NCBI GenBank assembly: GCA_000002445.1
Contig: CM000208.1
Span: 2,240,001 to 2,304,000 of the forward strand
From: Trypanosoma brucei
Taxonomy: Eukaryota
Reading direction: 5' to 3'
DNA: 64,000 nucleotides
Position 1 is the first letter of the stretch, and every line of letters starts with the position of its first letter. Shown here piece by piece: positions 44,684 to 55,682 of this stretch. Position numbers and translations under genes: made by a program. The notes below the pieces were generated by a model, which worked only from the letters and a program-made list of their open reading frames with translations, was not told the DNA's origin and made no database searches.

Positions 44684-45667
44684 ATGTTTTTTCTAACCCG
44701 CTTCAAACTGGGTATGGCGGACGTCACGGCAGCCATCGGCTCCGGAAAATGCGGGGAAGTATTGCGGAAGTTGAATGAAAAGAAAGCAGTGCGTGAGCGG
44801 GAAGAGAACATAGATTATCGTCGTGCCCTTTGCTTTTTAGCGAACTCACAGGATGTCTTCCACGCGCGGCAAGCACTCTTGGAGGAGTTGCGTCACTTTC
44901 CGAACAACACTGCGGCTCGCACGCTGTTGCTTGAAGTGAACGAAACTGTTCGTCCGCTACTCATGCCACCCAAAGAGCTGCTGAAAAGTGAACCTCTCTT
45001 TGGTCTCTTGTGTGATGCGCTGCTGGATCACACGATGCTTACGTGGACGCGCCTGTACAGTTTGTATCGATTGTCCAAGGAAGTATGTAGCAAAGAGGGT
45101 GAAGGAGGCGCTCTGATGGAGTGCGGGGTTTCGGGTGGAGGCTCGGTGGTGTTGCTCGCCGTTGTGGCTGCTCATTATTCCAAGAAACCGCGCAAAATCT
45201 ACGCGCTTGACACTTTCAGTGGGATGCCGGAGCCAACTACGCATGACAACTTGGAGGAAGATGGTAATCTTAAGCCAGCAGAATCAACATCATGGGGAAG
45301 TGGCACGTGCAGCGCAACTGTGGAGAACGTTCGTCAACTAGCCAAGAACTTTGACGTGGAGGAAGGTTTAGTTGTTATTCCTGGATTATTCCATGAAACG
45401 ATGCCTAAGACGCTGAGGGAGATTAGTGACGAGGGCATTTCCATGTTGCATGTGGATGCGGACTGGTACGAGTCCACGAGGTGCGCACTGGAACTTGCAT
45501 GGCCCATGGTAAAACAAGGGGGAATGGTACAAGTGGATGATTATCACTATTGGCTTGGCTGTCGTAAGGCAGTGGATGAGTTTGCACAGCGGGAAGAGAG
45601 TGAGCATAGGCCTTTACCGATACTTCAAAACGTTGATGGAAATGCTGTGTACTTTACAAAGCCGTAG
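44684..45667 (+). CDS. macrocin-O-methyltransferase (TylF/MycF) family SAM-dependent methyltransferase
   Basis: The track start is TTG 44600; the first ATG is at 44684 (MFFLTRFKLGMADV...). TylF family motifs: EGGALMECGVSGGGSVVLLA (cf. GDVVECGVWRGGS) and SMLHVDADWYESTRCALELAWPMVKQGGMVQVDDYHYW (cf. LRLDGDWYESTxDALEALYPRLSPGGxVIVDDY). Confidence 0.75.
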   Translation: MFFLTRFKLGMADVTAAIGSGKCGEVLRKLNEKKAVREREENIDYRRALCFLANSQDVFHARQALLEELRHFPNNTAARTLLLEVNETVRPLLMPPKELLKSEPLFGLLCDALLDHTMLTWTRLYSLYRLSKEVCSKEGEGGALMECGVSGGGSVVLLAVVAAHYSKKPRKIYALDTFSGMPEPTTHDNLEEDGNLKPAESTSWGSGTCSATVENVRQLAKNFDVEEGLVVIPGLFHETMPKTLREISDEGISMLHVDADWYESTRCALELAWPMVKQGGMVQVDDYHYWLGCRKAVDEFAQREESEHRPLPILQNVDGNAVYFTKP

Positions 45668-45921
45668 CGTTGGATCGAGGGTGAGGAAGGTCGGACTTTG
45701 TACATTTTGTTTCATCACATGCGAAAGGACCCGCAGCGTCGTGGGGCGGGGGTAGAGCAAAGGGTCGTACGGTTGTCGCTTATCGTTGTTTGCATTTATC
45801 TCCGCACAACCAATATGCCGATAAGTTTTACTAAGTGCTTCAGTCCGCGTCTCATGTTTTGCGTCTTTTCTGTAACTCCTTCACCACTGCCCGCTTTATA
45901 GAAACATATTAGTGAATAACG

Positions 45922-46737
45922 ATGGGGGAGAACCGTCGACCCTCGCGTTGGAGCTCGGAGCGCTACACAAACCTTTTTGTTCCTAATTACATCCCTCCTG
46001 AACTGATGTTGTATGACGAGGGTCAGTTTCTTCGAGCCTTTCTTCTTCGTGTCCTTTCCATCGACCTGAATCGCCTCATCGAAACGAAGCGGTGCGGTGA
46101 CTATTTCATTAATATTCCTTTGGTACCAGAGTACAACAGCGAAGGGCAGCGCACGAACACGCCGGATGAGCTCGTTGCTGAAAAGCGGTTGAAGGTGATG
46201 GATGAACTGACAAACCTCCTGCGCCAGCACTCGGAACTTGAACTTAATGCAAAAACCCAAAAGGAAGTCGTGCGCAAACGTTACTTCACACAGGAGGAAA
46301 TGGACAATGGTGCATATGGTGCTATTTTGGGTGCCCGCGGTATGGTTCATCAGGAGTTGGAGCGGCTGACCAAATGCAAGATTGTACTGGCTGGCCGTGG
46401 TATCACAAACGCACTGAAGGATACCAGTGCTAACGCTGCCCGTGTTGCTCTCGAGGATCCCCATGCCCGTATCACAGCTCCAAATGAGCAGGCGCTTCAG
46501 CACGCGATGGAGCGCATTGAGTGGATTCTTTCTGATGATCCTGAGGCACTAGAGTTCCGTGAGAACAACAGAAAACGCATGGCGCAGATTGAAGGGCGCT
46601 ATGACCCGCGCACTTGGGTTTCTCTAGCAGAAAGGAACGCAAAGAACCCACGGCGTATGGGGGAAAAACGGGAGCGGGAGGAGGAGGCAAAGGAAGAACT
46701 CGATGCGGATTTGCAGGAGTTTCTGGACGAGTTGTAG
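45922..46737 (+). CDS. SF1: splicing factor 1 / branchpoint-binding protein-like KH-domain protein
   Basis: 271 aa. STAR/KH-like core (NGAYGAILGARGMVHQELERLTKCKIVLAGRGI) with flanking helices, and an acidic C-terminal tail. The position immediately upstream of SPS2 matches my recollection of T. brucei synteny. The minus ORF 45796-46503 is an antisense shadow. Confidence 0.65.
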   Translation: MGENRRPSRWSSERYTNLFVPNYIPPELMLYDEGQFLRAFLLRVLSIDLNRLIETKRCGDYFINIPLVPEYNSEGQRTNTPDELVAEKRLKVMDELTNLLRQHSELELNAKTQKEVVRKRYFTQEEMDNGAYGAILGARGMVHQELERLTKCKIVLAGRGITNALKDTSANAARVALEDPHARITAPNEQALQHAMERIEWILSDDPEALEFRENNRKRMAQIEGRYDPRTWVSLAERNAKNPRRMGEKREREEEAKEELDADLQEFLDEL

Positions 46738-47043
46738 CTGGTGGGAGATGTGGCGACAGAATAAAACTGAAACATTTGCTGACACCATGTTTTCGGTGTT
46801 GGGGCGGAGCAACGTGTCTATCCTGTGGATATTGACTCGCTTATTGTACAGCAGTAGCAGACTCGTGCCACGCTGTCTAACTTCACCGGTGAAAGCGGTA
46901 CCGCAGGAATAACCTGACACTGTGATAGACAGAAATACCCGTTCGTTCTCTTCCTGTCATCTGCCTTCGTTGACCTTTTTTTTTCGCATTTTTTTCTTTG
47001 TATTTAAGTGTTGACGACAGCAACAGGTGGGTTCTAATTTGTT

Positions 47044-48225
47044 ATGTCAGAGAAGGAAGGAAAAGTAATACCCGAAACAAATGGCATGAAGAGACCCCGA
47101 TTTGATCCAGTGAAGCTTGGTCTACCGGAAGAGTTTACCTTAACTGACTACACACGGCTTAAGGGTTGCAGTTGCAAGGTGCCACAACCAGAACTTCTAG
47201 CACTTCTGCAAAGTGTTTCCACTACACCCGGACGGAGGGATGTTGGAATGGATTGCAGCATTGTGAAACTGCAGCACAAGGATGAGACCGGGAAACCGCT
47301 GTATATGGTATCGACAACCGATTTCTTTTTCCCCAGTGTTGAAGACCCCTACTTACAAGGCCAAATTGGGGCGGCGAATGTTCTGTCTGATCTATACAGC
47401 ACAGGAATCGACCGCTGCGATACCGTTTTGATGTTACTAGCTGCCAGTACCGACATGGATAAGACGGAGCGTGAGGTGTGCACGCAGGAAATGATGAAGG
47501 GATTTGTGGATCACGTAAGGCTAGCGGGATCTGATGTTACAGGTGGGCAAACTGTGATGAATCCGTGGCCCCTCATTGGTGGCATTGCGACGAGCGTTGT
47601 TGCAGAGTCTCAAATGATCCGTCCAACAGGGCTGCAACCCGGTGATATTTTAGTTTTGACGAAACCTTTAGGATGCCAAATCGCTGTTAATCTTAAGCAG
47701 TGGCTGCGCCGCCCGTCTCCGATCTTTGAAGAGCAGATTCAAGGAAAGATGGACTCGGAGGAGATTGAAGAACTATATAACGCTGCTGCAGATGGGATGA
47801 AGCGTCTTAACCGCATGGCGGCAGCGCTGATGCATTCGCACGGTGCCCATGGTGCAACAGATGTGACAGGTTTCGGTATTCTTGGCCACGCGAAAAACCT
47901 TGGAAGTGCACAGAAGGCTGATGTGTGTTTAGTACTTGATTCCCTTCCAATGTACAGGGGGGCCGTGAAGGCGTCGAAGCTCATGGGGGACAAATATCGC
48001 TTATTTGAGGGTTATGCAGCTGAGACCAGTGGAGGGTTACTTGTGGCGTTCGGAACGAGGGAAGAAGCGGAGGGATATATCCGTGAACTGTACGAAACTG
48101 ATGGGGAGCCGGCGTGGGTGGTTGGCCGAGTGGTGCGTAGAGAGGGGAGTGCCCCGTACGCGCTACTACAGAAAGACTATAAAATTATTGAGGTGGGAGC
48201 GAAGGTAAATGATAAGATTATTTAA
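47044..48225 (+). CDS. SPS2: selenophosphate synthetase (selenide, water dikinase) SPS2, Cys-type
   Basis: 393 aa. SelD/AIR-synthase-related fold. The active-site loop is GCSCKVPQ, with Cys at the Sec/Cys position and no in-frame TGA. Also DSATMV-like DCSIV, GGQTVMNPWPLIGGIATSVV, and C-terminal TDVTGFGILGHA. Confidence 0.9.
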   Translation: MSEKEGKVIPETNGMKRPRFDPVKLGLPEEFTLTDYTRLKGCSCKVPQPELLALLQSVSTTPGRRDVGMDCSIVKLQHKDETGKPLYMVSTTDFFFPSVEDPYLQGQIGAANVLSDLYSTGIDRCDTVLMLLAASTDMDKTEREVCTQEMMKGFVDHVRLAGSDVTGGQTVMNPWPLIGGIATSVVAESQMIRPTGLQPGDILVLTKPLGCQIAVNLKQWLRRPSPIFEEQIQGKMDSEEIEELYNAAADGMKRLNRMAAALMHSHGAHGATDVTGFGILGHAKNLGSAQKADVCLVLDSLPMYRGAVKASKLMGDKYRLFEGYAAETSGGLLVAFGTREEAEGYIRELYETDGEPAWVVGRVVRREGSAPYALLQKDYKIIEVGAKVNDKII

Positions 48226-48678
48226 TTGATTTGCTGGGGGAATGGAGCTGCGGTAAACTCAAGTTATTGTGTGTTCTACTGTAGGAAAGGCTGAACGTCT
48301 CCACGAAACGATCTGGACGGGGAAGGCACGGTAGCTTGGAACTCACGTTGCGTACAGGGTTTGTGTGTGCTTTCGTGGGTGCCACAGTTGGGGGTAGCTT
48401 TCCCTTTTTCCTCAGTAAGGCATTTCTTACCGTGTTCGCATATGGGTGTGTGACCGTGGGCAAGTACCAACCAAACTTCGATACGTAATTCTTCGGTTAC
48501 CGCTGCATGGCTCGACCATTGTCCTTCGTTGTTGTTCATATCTCTACTTGCCCTTTTTTTTTCGCTTTTAAATGCTTTCTGTGCCACCAGCTACTGTTAC
48601 GGTGGCTTTGACACAGCAGTTGTCTATGGAAAGCGATCGGTAATTCACCTCGAAACAGCTGCATTTCTGAGACATTAG

Positions 48679-50277
48679 ATGAGGCGGTGTGTAGCTTATG
48701 TCCAGTTGAAAGTGGGTAAGATCACACCGTCGTTGTGGTGTGTTACAATACATCACACTCGACGCTCAGTAGCACTTCCAGACCCACACTCAATTCTCAC
48801 ATCACCCGCAGGGCTTTTTGCTCTCATGAGCGGAAGAGGAAGCACTTCGTACGACAATACAAGCTGTCCGAAAGGCGTAAAGATGTCGGGGGGCCGAAGA
48901 AGAAGAAGAACAGAACACGGTAATGGAGACGGAGATGGGGATAAGTCCTCCGCAGGGAAGGGTGCTTTCTTTAACCGGGATGCTCTGTCCCTGGCGGTTC
49001 TCATTCTTCTGTTGGCCGTCACTTGGGAAGCCCTCGTTTCCCAAAAGCACATCTTCATCAACAAGCTAAAAGAGTGGGTATTCCTTACTCTCGAAGTGCG
49101 CTCCTCCCGTGAGGAGTACGCAATGATCATGGATTGGATGGGGCAACAACCTCAGGGTAAAAGGGCACGCAACATATCGTTGATGCCTATTTCGGTTATG
49201 AAGGAATCATCTAATGAAAACGAGAATGAAGCCATGAGAGGCTGCAGCGAGGATGAGTGCAGCAGTTGTGGCTTCGTGCCGGGTTTTGGTAGCCACTACA
49301 TGAAATTTGAAGGTACCCGTCTGTGGATCACCCGCTCCATCGACACTACCAAGCAGTACCGTTCATCACCTCACATGGACAGGGAGGACGAAGTGTTGCG
49401 GTTAGTATTTTTTACTCGTGACCGTGATGTTGCCCGCAGGTTCATGGAGAAGGTACGTTTGTCGTGGGAGGAGCGGTCGAGAGATACGGTTCGCGTGTAC
49501 CTTCCCGGTGGTTGGGGAAACCGTTGGGAGTTTCTTTCGCGGCGGCTGAGGCGGCCGCTCTCCACATTGCATTTGCCGGAAAGCACAACTACCATTGTTG
49601 ATGATGCGAAATTCTTTTTGTCCTCTAGGGATCTGTACATGTCACTGGGCGTTCCCTGGCGCAGGGGATACCTCTTTGAAGGGGCTCCTGGGACGGGGAA
49701 GACAAGTTTTATCCTTGCCTTAGCGAGTGAACTTTCCCTTCCCGTCTATCTCCTGTCATTGCAGTCGAAGGAACTTGATGATTCTACGCTTATAAAGTTG
49801 GTCAACTCCGTTCCACCCAGAAGTTTGCTTGTCGTAGAGGATTTGGAAGCGGCCATCAAGTCGCAAGTGGTTAGAGGCGAAGACATCTCCTCCGCGAATG
49901 TTGTTTTCAATACAGAGGTAGGCGGGGGCAGGGACTCTGGTGTTTCGTTGAGTGCCTTGCTGAACGCCATTGACGGGATCGCGAGCAGTGAGGGAAGGAT
50001 TTTGGTTATAACGACGAATGAAACAATGCGCCTCCCGGCACCTCAGGCACTTCTAAGGCCCGGGAGGATCGACCGGCGAGTCTGCTTCGGTCCTTTAGAC
50101 GCCACCATCATGCAGGAGATGCAGCATTCCTTCCTGCATTTGGTTAAACCATTCTGTGCTGATCGCGAAGGTAGTCGCGTAACACTTGAGGATTGCGGTG
50201 TCGGCGCTTTGGGAACAACCCCGGCAGAACTGCAGAATCAATTTCTTGCCGCTATTTACAGAAAATGTCGTCGATGA
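48679..50277 (+). CDS. BCS1-like mitochondrial AAA ATPase
   Basis: 532 aa from ATG 48679. Other in-frame Met (MSGRGS, MSGGRRRRR) are possible starts. Has a TM helix (LSLAVLILLLAVTWEAL), a BCS1_N-like region, Walker A RRGYLFEGAPGTGKTSFILALASEL, Walker B SLLVVEDLEAAI, and the arginine-finger region RPGRIDRRVCF. Confidence 0.8.
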   Translation: MRRCVAYVQLKVGKITPSLWCVTIHHTRRSVALPDPHSILTSPAGLFALMSGRGSTSYDNTSCPKGVKMSGGRRRRRTEHGNGDGDGDKSSAGKGAFFNRDALSLAVLILLLAVTWEALVSQKHIFINKLKEWVFLTLEVRSSREEYAMIMDWMGQQPQGKRARNISLMPISVMKESSNENENEAMRGCSEDECSSCGFVPGFGSHYMKFEGTRLWITRSIDTTKQYRSSPHMDREDEVLRLVFFTRDRDVARRFMEKVRLSWEERSRDTVRVYLPGGWGNRWEFLSRRLRRPLSTLHLPESTTTIVDDAKFFLSSRDLYMSLGVPWRRGYLFEGAPGTGKTSFILALASELSLPVYLLSLQSKELDDSTLIKLVNSVPPRSLLVVEDLEAAIKSQVVRGEDISSANVVFNTEVGGGRDSGVSLSALLNAIDGIASSEGRILVITTNETMRLPAPQALLRPGRIDRRVCFGPLDATIMQEMQHSFLHLVKPFCADREGSRVTLEDCGVGALGTTPAELQNQFLAAIYRKCRR

Positions 50278-50690
50278 GTTTGTGTAGTTTTTCAAATGCG
50301 TCAAGACGCCGCCGGTAGTGCAACACACTCCCTCCCCCCAAAACGGTTTGATTTGCTCCTGTTTTGAAAAGCGGGAGAAACAGTCATTAGCGGCACTTCT
50401 GGCGCACTGCACAGTTGTTCAACCCATTGCGTGTGGGGTGACTGACCACAAGTCGTATCGGTATAGTAGTGTGCAGGCGTTACCTTATCTCCTGTGCTCC
50501 GTTTGGTTAGTTCACTCTTTTCCATCTTTCTATTTATTTTTTTTGATATTGAAAACCGGTTGTTTATAGACTTGCTGCGAGGCCCTCGGAAAACTACCCA
50601 CTACGTGGAGTAGACAACACATAAACACAAACGAGTCGCTTTTAGTATTAACAGTAAGAAGAGGGAGGAGGAAAAGAAGGCAACACCGTA

Positions 50691-51824
50691 ATGTCTTCTT
50701 CAACGTGTGCCTTCAGTGCTAATCTGAGCGCTAACCGGAACGGAAATCTGCGCGTAGTCCACGGCCGCAGCAATCCGAAGCTTGCCGAAGGCATTTGCAA
50801 GGCTTTAGGTATCCCGATCACAGGTTGCCGCGTTGGCGCTTTCGCCAATGGCGAGATTAACTTGCAGGTCGTTGAGTCTATTCGCGGAGATGATATGTTT
50901 ATAATTCAACCGACATGCGGAAATGGCAATATTAATGTGAACCAGGCGGTGATGGAGCTCCTACTCATGATCCACACACTGAAACTCAGTTCGGCCAGGC
51001 GAGTTATTGCCGTTATCCCCCACTATGGCTACGCGCGGCAAGACCGCAAACAGAGCGCTCGCGTTCCGATCAGTGCTTCTGCAGTTGCACGCATGATCAC
51101 TGAACTCGGTGTTAATGGTGTTGTCACAATGGATCTTCACTGTGGACCAATTCAGGGCTTTTTCCATGGCTGCCCTGTCGCCGACCTCAGTGCAACTTCT
51201 GAGTTCGCCGCGTACGGTAAAAGCAAAATGTTTGATACAAAGGAGCTCGCCATTGTCGCTCCTGATGCCGGTGCCGTAAACCGAGCGCGACGCATGGGTG
51301 ACCGCCTCGGCGCTCGCCGCATCGTAACAATCTTGAAGCGGCGAGTGGAGGCAAACGAGGTGGACAGCATGCAACTTGTCGGTGAGGTGAAGGGATGTAC
51401 ATGCATCATCGTGGATGACATGATCGACACCGCTGGCACACTTTGTAAGGCGGCACAGGTGCTGAAGGAACATGGTGCGAAAGAGGTTCACGCGTGGGCT
51501 ACGCACGGTATTTTGACGGACCCCGCATGTGAGCGCATTAATGACTGCCCCGCACTCGTGGAAGTGGTGGTGACGGACAGTCTCCCACAGGATGAATCCC
51601 TACAGAAGTGTTCAAAGCTGAAAATCATTTCCATTGCCAAGCTTTTGGCAGAGGCAATTCAACGCATCCACTGCGAAGAGAGTCTCGAGCGCGTGGGTGA
51701 CATGTCAGCACCAACGCCACATGACCAGGACCTTATCTCCGTGGATGCATTGGTTGAGGATAGTGATTGGTCAGCCGCTTTGCAACCTCACATAATTAAG
51801 CGAGCAACCGGTGCCACTCCATAA
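50691..51824 (+). CDS. PRS: ribose-phosphate pyrophosphokinase (PRPP synthetase)
   Basis: 377 aa. Motifs HYGYARQDRK, DLHCGPIQGFF, and the PRPP-binding loop CIIVDDMIDTAGTLCKAA. It has a C-terminal extension beyond the bacterial core. Confidence 0.9.
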   Translation: MSSSTCAFSANLSANRNGNLRVVHGRSNPKLAEGICKALGIPITGCRVGAFANGEINLQVVESIRGDDMFIIQPTCGNGNINVNQAVMELLLMIHTLKLSSARRVIAVIPHYGYARQDRKQSARVPISASAVARMITELGVNGVVTMDLHCGPIQGFFHGCPVADLSATSEFAAYGKSKMFDTKELAIVAPDAGAVNRARRMGDRLGARRIVTILKRRVEANEVDSMQLVGEVKGCTCIIVDDMIDTAGTLCKAAQVLKEHGAKEVHAWATHGILTDPACERINDCPALVEVVVTDSLPQDESLQKCSKLKIISIAKLLAEAIQRIHCEESLERVGDMSAPTPHDQDLISVDALVEDSDWSAALQPHIIKRATGATP

Positions 51825-52877
51825 GGAAAAAAAAGGGCATCTCGGGATGCTGTGTGCGTTAAAGCCCCTTTCTCCTCGCACCGAGACCGCGACCGACAAC
51901 GATCAACGAGAGCAAAAGGGAAGGCAGGATTAAGATGGCGATCGAAAGAAGGGAAAGGAGCGGGTCGCGATGATTTAATATATTAATATTAAAAAAAAAG
52001 TGTGTCAGAGCGTGGATCAGGCGGAGCGCGACGTGCTCAATCCGCGGATGGATAAAATGGAGGGAGTATGAGTAAAGGGGAGTGCACTGAAAAGAGTGAT
52101 GGTGGGATACGGGAAGCGAAGGAGTAAAGAGGGAGGGGGGTCAAGGGCTGAGCTGATCCTGTTATCATAGCCCGAGGTTAATTGCACGTTAATGTTGTAA
52201 TACATCAAAAATTGTGGCAGTGACTTGGTGACCAGATATTGTCCGTACTGCCTCAAACGCAGGCGTGTGTCGCGCCTTCGCTTCGTCACGTGGTTTCTCT
52301 TCCGGGATAATGTGTGGAAAGGGAACGAAGAAGGAGTCGCGTCACTTAAGTTACTGTGAGTGGTTCATGGGATGTCACTCGAGAGCAACGAATAATATTA
52401 GCAAATTTTATGTGTGAAGGGGAGGATAAGCAGCGCACATGCGTGTGTCGTATCTCGTGTTTCTTCCTGCTTTTTCAATATTTTAAAGTTTAGTGATGTT
52501 TTCTTGCCGCTTGACGGATTCATCACCAGGTGTACGTAAGTGTGTGCATGCATTTGTGTATGTTTGTTTGTGTGTCCGGGCAATAGCGCTGGAGTGCAGC
52601 ACTACGTTATGTTGCTTATGCTCCTCACCGTCTGTTTAATGTCTCCCTTTTTTTTTTTTCCTCTCTCTCTCTCTCTCATACTTCAATTGCTACGCTCGCG
52701 CTTGCTGTGCTTTTGACATATCTACATGGGAGGGGCACGTTGAGAAAAAAGGCAAACAAAGAGGCTCAACGTTATAAGCTGGGTGCATCAGCTTTTCATT
52801 GACAAAGATTATATTTCAACAGAGTGGAGATCTGAACGACAAGTTGGAGGAAGAGGAGGGGAGGAAAAAGAAGGAAG

Positions 52878-54353
52878 ATGATATGCCGCACATCTTTTCT
52901 GCGTAAACCCAAGGTAGTTGTTGTTGGCACGGGATGGGCGGGCTGCTACTTTGTGAGAGACACAAAACCACAATTAGCAGAACTCCACGTTTTGTCCACA
53001 CGTAACCATCACGTACTGACACCCCTTCTCCCGCAAACAACCACCGGTACGCTGGAGTTCCGCTCTATATGTGAGCCCATCACTCGCATTCAACCGGCAC
53101 TCGCACACCTTCCGAACCGTTTCTCACGTTGCTTCGTGTATGACATCAACTTCGAACAAAAGCGGGTTGATTGCATTAGCGTAGACAACACCAGCGTCGG
53201 GCCACACGCCTTAGTTAACACATTTGATGTTCAGTACGACAAACTAGTGTTGGCGCATGGTGCACAGCCAAACACGTTTAATGTTCCCGGCGCTGTGGAG
53301 AGGGCGTGTTTCCTTCGGGAGGTAAATGAAGCACGTACCATCCGCAAACGACTTGTGCAGAATATCATGACGGCGAATTTGCCCGTAACAAGTGTCGAGG
53401 AGAAGAAACGCCTTCTGCACACCGTAGTTGTGGGAGGTGGGCCCACGGGCGTTGAATTCTCCGCAGATTTGGCCGAGTTCCTGCGCGACGACGTGAAGAA
53501 CATCAACCCCGAGCTCGTTCAATTCTGCAAAGTGACAGTACTTGAGGCCGGAGAGGTTTTCAGTACATTTGATTTACGCGTGAGGGAATGGGGCAAGCGG
53601 CGGTTAGATGCCCTCGGCGTGCGAATCGTGAAGGGTAATGTTGTGGCTGTGCAAGAGAAGGAGGTGATCACAAAGAGTGGTGAAGTGTTCTCTACCGGCT
53701 TGGTGGTGTGGAGCACAGGTGTCGGACCCTCACCACTAACAAAAGAATTAAAGGTGGACCGAACGCGACAGGGGCGTATTTCCGTCGATGAGCATTTACG
53801 GGTACTGCGCGACGGCGTCCCAATTCCCGATGTGTATGCAATTGGGGACTGTGCAACCAATGAAAGCAACCCGCTACCTACTTTAGCTGCTGTCGCTTCT
53901 CGTCAAGGCGTGTATCTGGCAAAAAAAATCAACGCGGAATTAGCTGGTAAGCCATTCGCCACGCCGTTCAAATATGAGAGCCTCGGAAGCATGGTGAGTC
54001 TTGGTACTTCCAGCGCTGTTGTGGAATTAAATGGGCCACGCAAACTTGATTTTGTTGGGCTTAAGGCACTCTTCTTCTGGCGTAGTGCATACCTCAGCAT
54101 TGTGGGTTCGTGGCGTAATAGGCTTTATGTCATTGTCAACTGGCTTGGAAGCGCAATTTTTGGCCGGGATTTGACACTCATTAACGACTACAATGACGAG
54201 CGGACGTGGCTCTCTCTGGCGTCAGAGGGGGCGGCGCGCGAGAAAGTGAGCAGAATGAACAAAGTTAAAACCGATGGCGACGGCAGTAATGGAAATGAAA
54301 CAACAGCCCGTTCAAAGGTGGACTTACCCGCGACAAAGAAACAGAACGAGTAG
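52878..54353 (+). CDS. NDH2: type II (alternative, rotenone-insensitive) NADH dehydrogenase
   Basis: 491 aa. Two Rossmann motifs (KVVVVGTGWAGCYF and TVVVGGGPTGVEFSADLAEF), the AIGDCA quinone-region motif, and a C-terminal amphipathic membrane-anchor region. Confidence 0.9.
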   Translation: MICRTSFLRKPKVVVVGTGWAGCYFVRDTKPQLAELHVLSTRNHHVLTPLLPQTTTGTLEFRSICEPITRIQPALAHLPNRFSRCFVYDINFEQKRVDCISVDNTSVGPHALVNTFDVQYDKLVLAHGAQPNTFNVPGAVERACFLREVNEARTIRKRLVQNIMTANLPVTSVEEKKRLLHTVVVGGGPTGVEFSADLAEFLRDDVKNINPELVQFCKVTVLEAGEVFSTFDLRVREWGKRRLDALGVRIVKGNVVAVQEKEVITKSGEVFSTGLVVWSTGVGPSPLTKELKVDRTRQGRISVDEHLRVLRDGVPIPDVYAIGDCATNESNPLPTLAAVASRQGVYLAKKINAELAGKPFATPFKYESLGSMVSLGTSSAVVELNGPRKLDFVGLKALFFWRSAYLSIVGSWRNRLYVIVNWLGSAIFGRDLTLINDYNDERTWLSLASEGAAREKVSRMNKVKTDGDGSNGNETTARSKVDLPATKKQNE

Positions 54354-54442
54354 GTGAAGTTTGTGTACCAAGCAACACAATTGACCTCCCTTCGATTCTC
54401 ACACCCACGTGGCCGCTGAACATACAATTAAGGACGTGTAAA

Positions 54443-54473
<31 letters not shown>

Positions 54474-55682
54474 TTTGTATATATGTTCTTAATTATGATG
54501 ATTTATTGATGTAACATCCGCGATAATTTTTTTTTGTTCGACTCTGTTTATTTCCGATTTTTTTTTCTTTTCTGCTCCCCGTTTTTTTTTTCCTGTGTAC
54601 TCGTTGTTTTGTTTTGTTTTTTTACCTCCAGAGGTTGATGGCCGCTGGCTTTAACGTGATACCCCCCCCTCCCCCTTCAACCCGCCGCGTACGCGTGGAT
54701 ATGCACCTAAACGTACAATTGAAGATGACACAAACACGTGCGTTTGCAATTTTGTGAATGAATGCGGTGAATGTTATTGTTTTTTTTTTGTATATTTGTA
54801 AGCGTGTGTAAGTGGGTGGGAAGGAGGAAGGTGGAAAAAAGTGTTTTTGGGGTGGGAGATGGAACACCTCCTATGTTACGGGATGTGAATATATAAATAA
54901 ATAAATAAATAAATAACGTTTTTAATTTATGCGAATGGAAGAACGAAGTGTGGTTTCATTCGCATGTGCGTGGGGGGAAAAGGAAGAAAAAAAAAAGAGA
55001 AGCGGGTGGGGGTTGGGGGAAATAAAATAAAATAAAAAGGGTAGGGAAGAGGTATTGTTACTTGGTTTCTGATAAAGGCGGAGAGGAAAGGGAACAAGTC
55101 AAACACATACAAAACAAAAGAATCATATGTTTGTGAAAAGTTGAGGAAAGTGACGGTCAGGCATTGGTTGATGAGTAAAGTCGACGTGTATGACACATGC
55201 GCACTCTCTCCTCATTTCACAAAATGAAAAAATATATATATACATTCTTTAAGGGGGTTTTCCTGAACCTTTTTGCCTCCTCTAAACACGCGCGGAAGAA
55301 GGAAGATTCAAACTCGAATAACTCAAGTGTGAAGAGAAAACAATAATAATTAAAGCATCTGGAGTGTGGGGGGGGGGAAGGAGGAAAACAAAGGAGAGGT
55401 GGAAGTCGCGGCATACTTCAGCACAAATGACTCTTTGAAACTTTATTTAGCTGTCGTTTATGATTTATTTTGTTTTTCTCTTTTACCGTTCATTATACTG
55501 GCGGTCGACTGAAATTCTAACCCAATAAATGAATACGCCACGCGACGAGAGAAATAACACTGAAAGAAGAGGGGAAACAAATGTGGCAACATGAAGGAGT
55601 CGAAGGAGACAAAATGACCAGCGTTTAATCAACCGTCACGACAAACTTGGCGCATCCGGTAGGTTTTCAACCTTTCGTCCTT

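Noticed and set aside
45796-46503. 235 aa minus-strand ORF
   Set aside because: Lies entirely antisense to the SF1-like CDS (45922-46737). It has no independent splice signals and its composition mirrors the sense gene, so it is an ORF shadow. The same reasoning applies to the minus ORFs at 8751-9317, 36275-36698, 43643-44158, 50961-51506, 53519-53869 and the other minus ORFs inside + strand genes.
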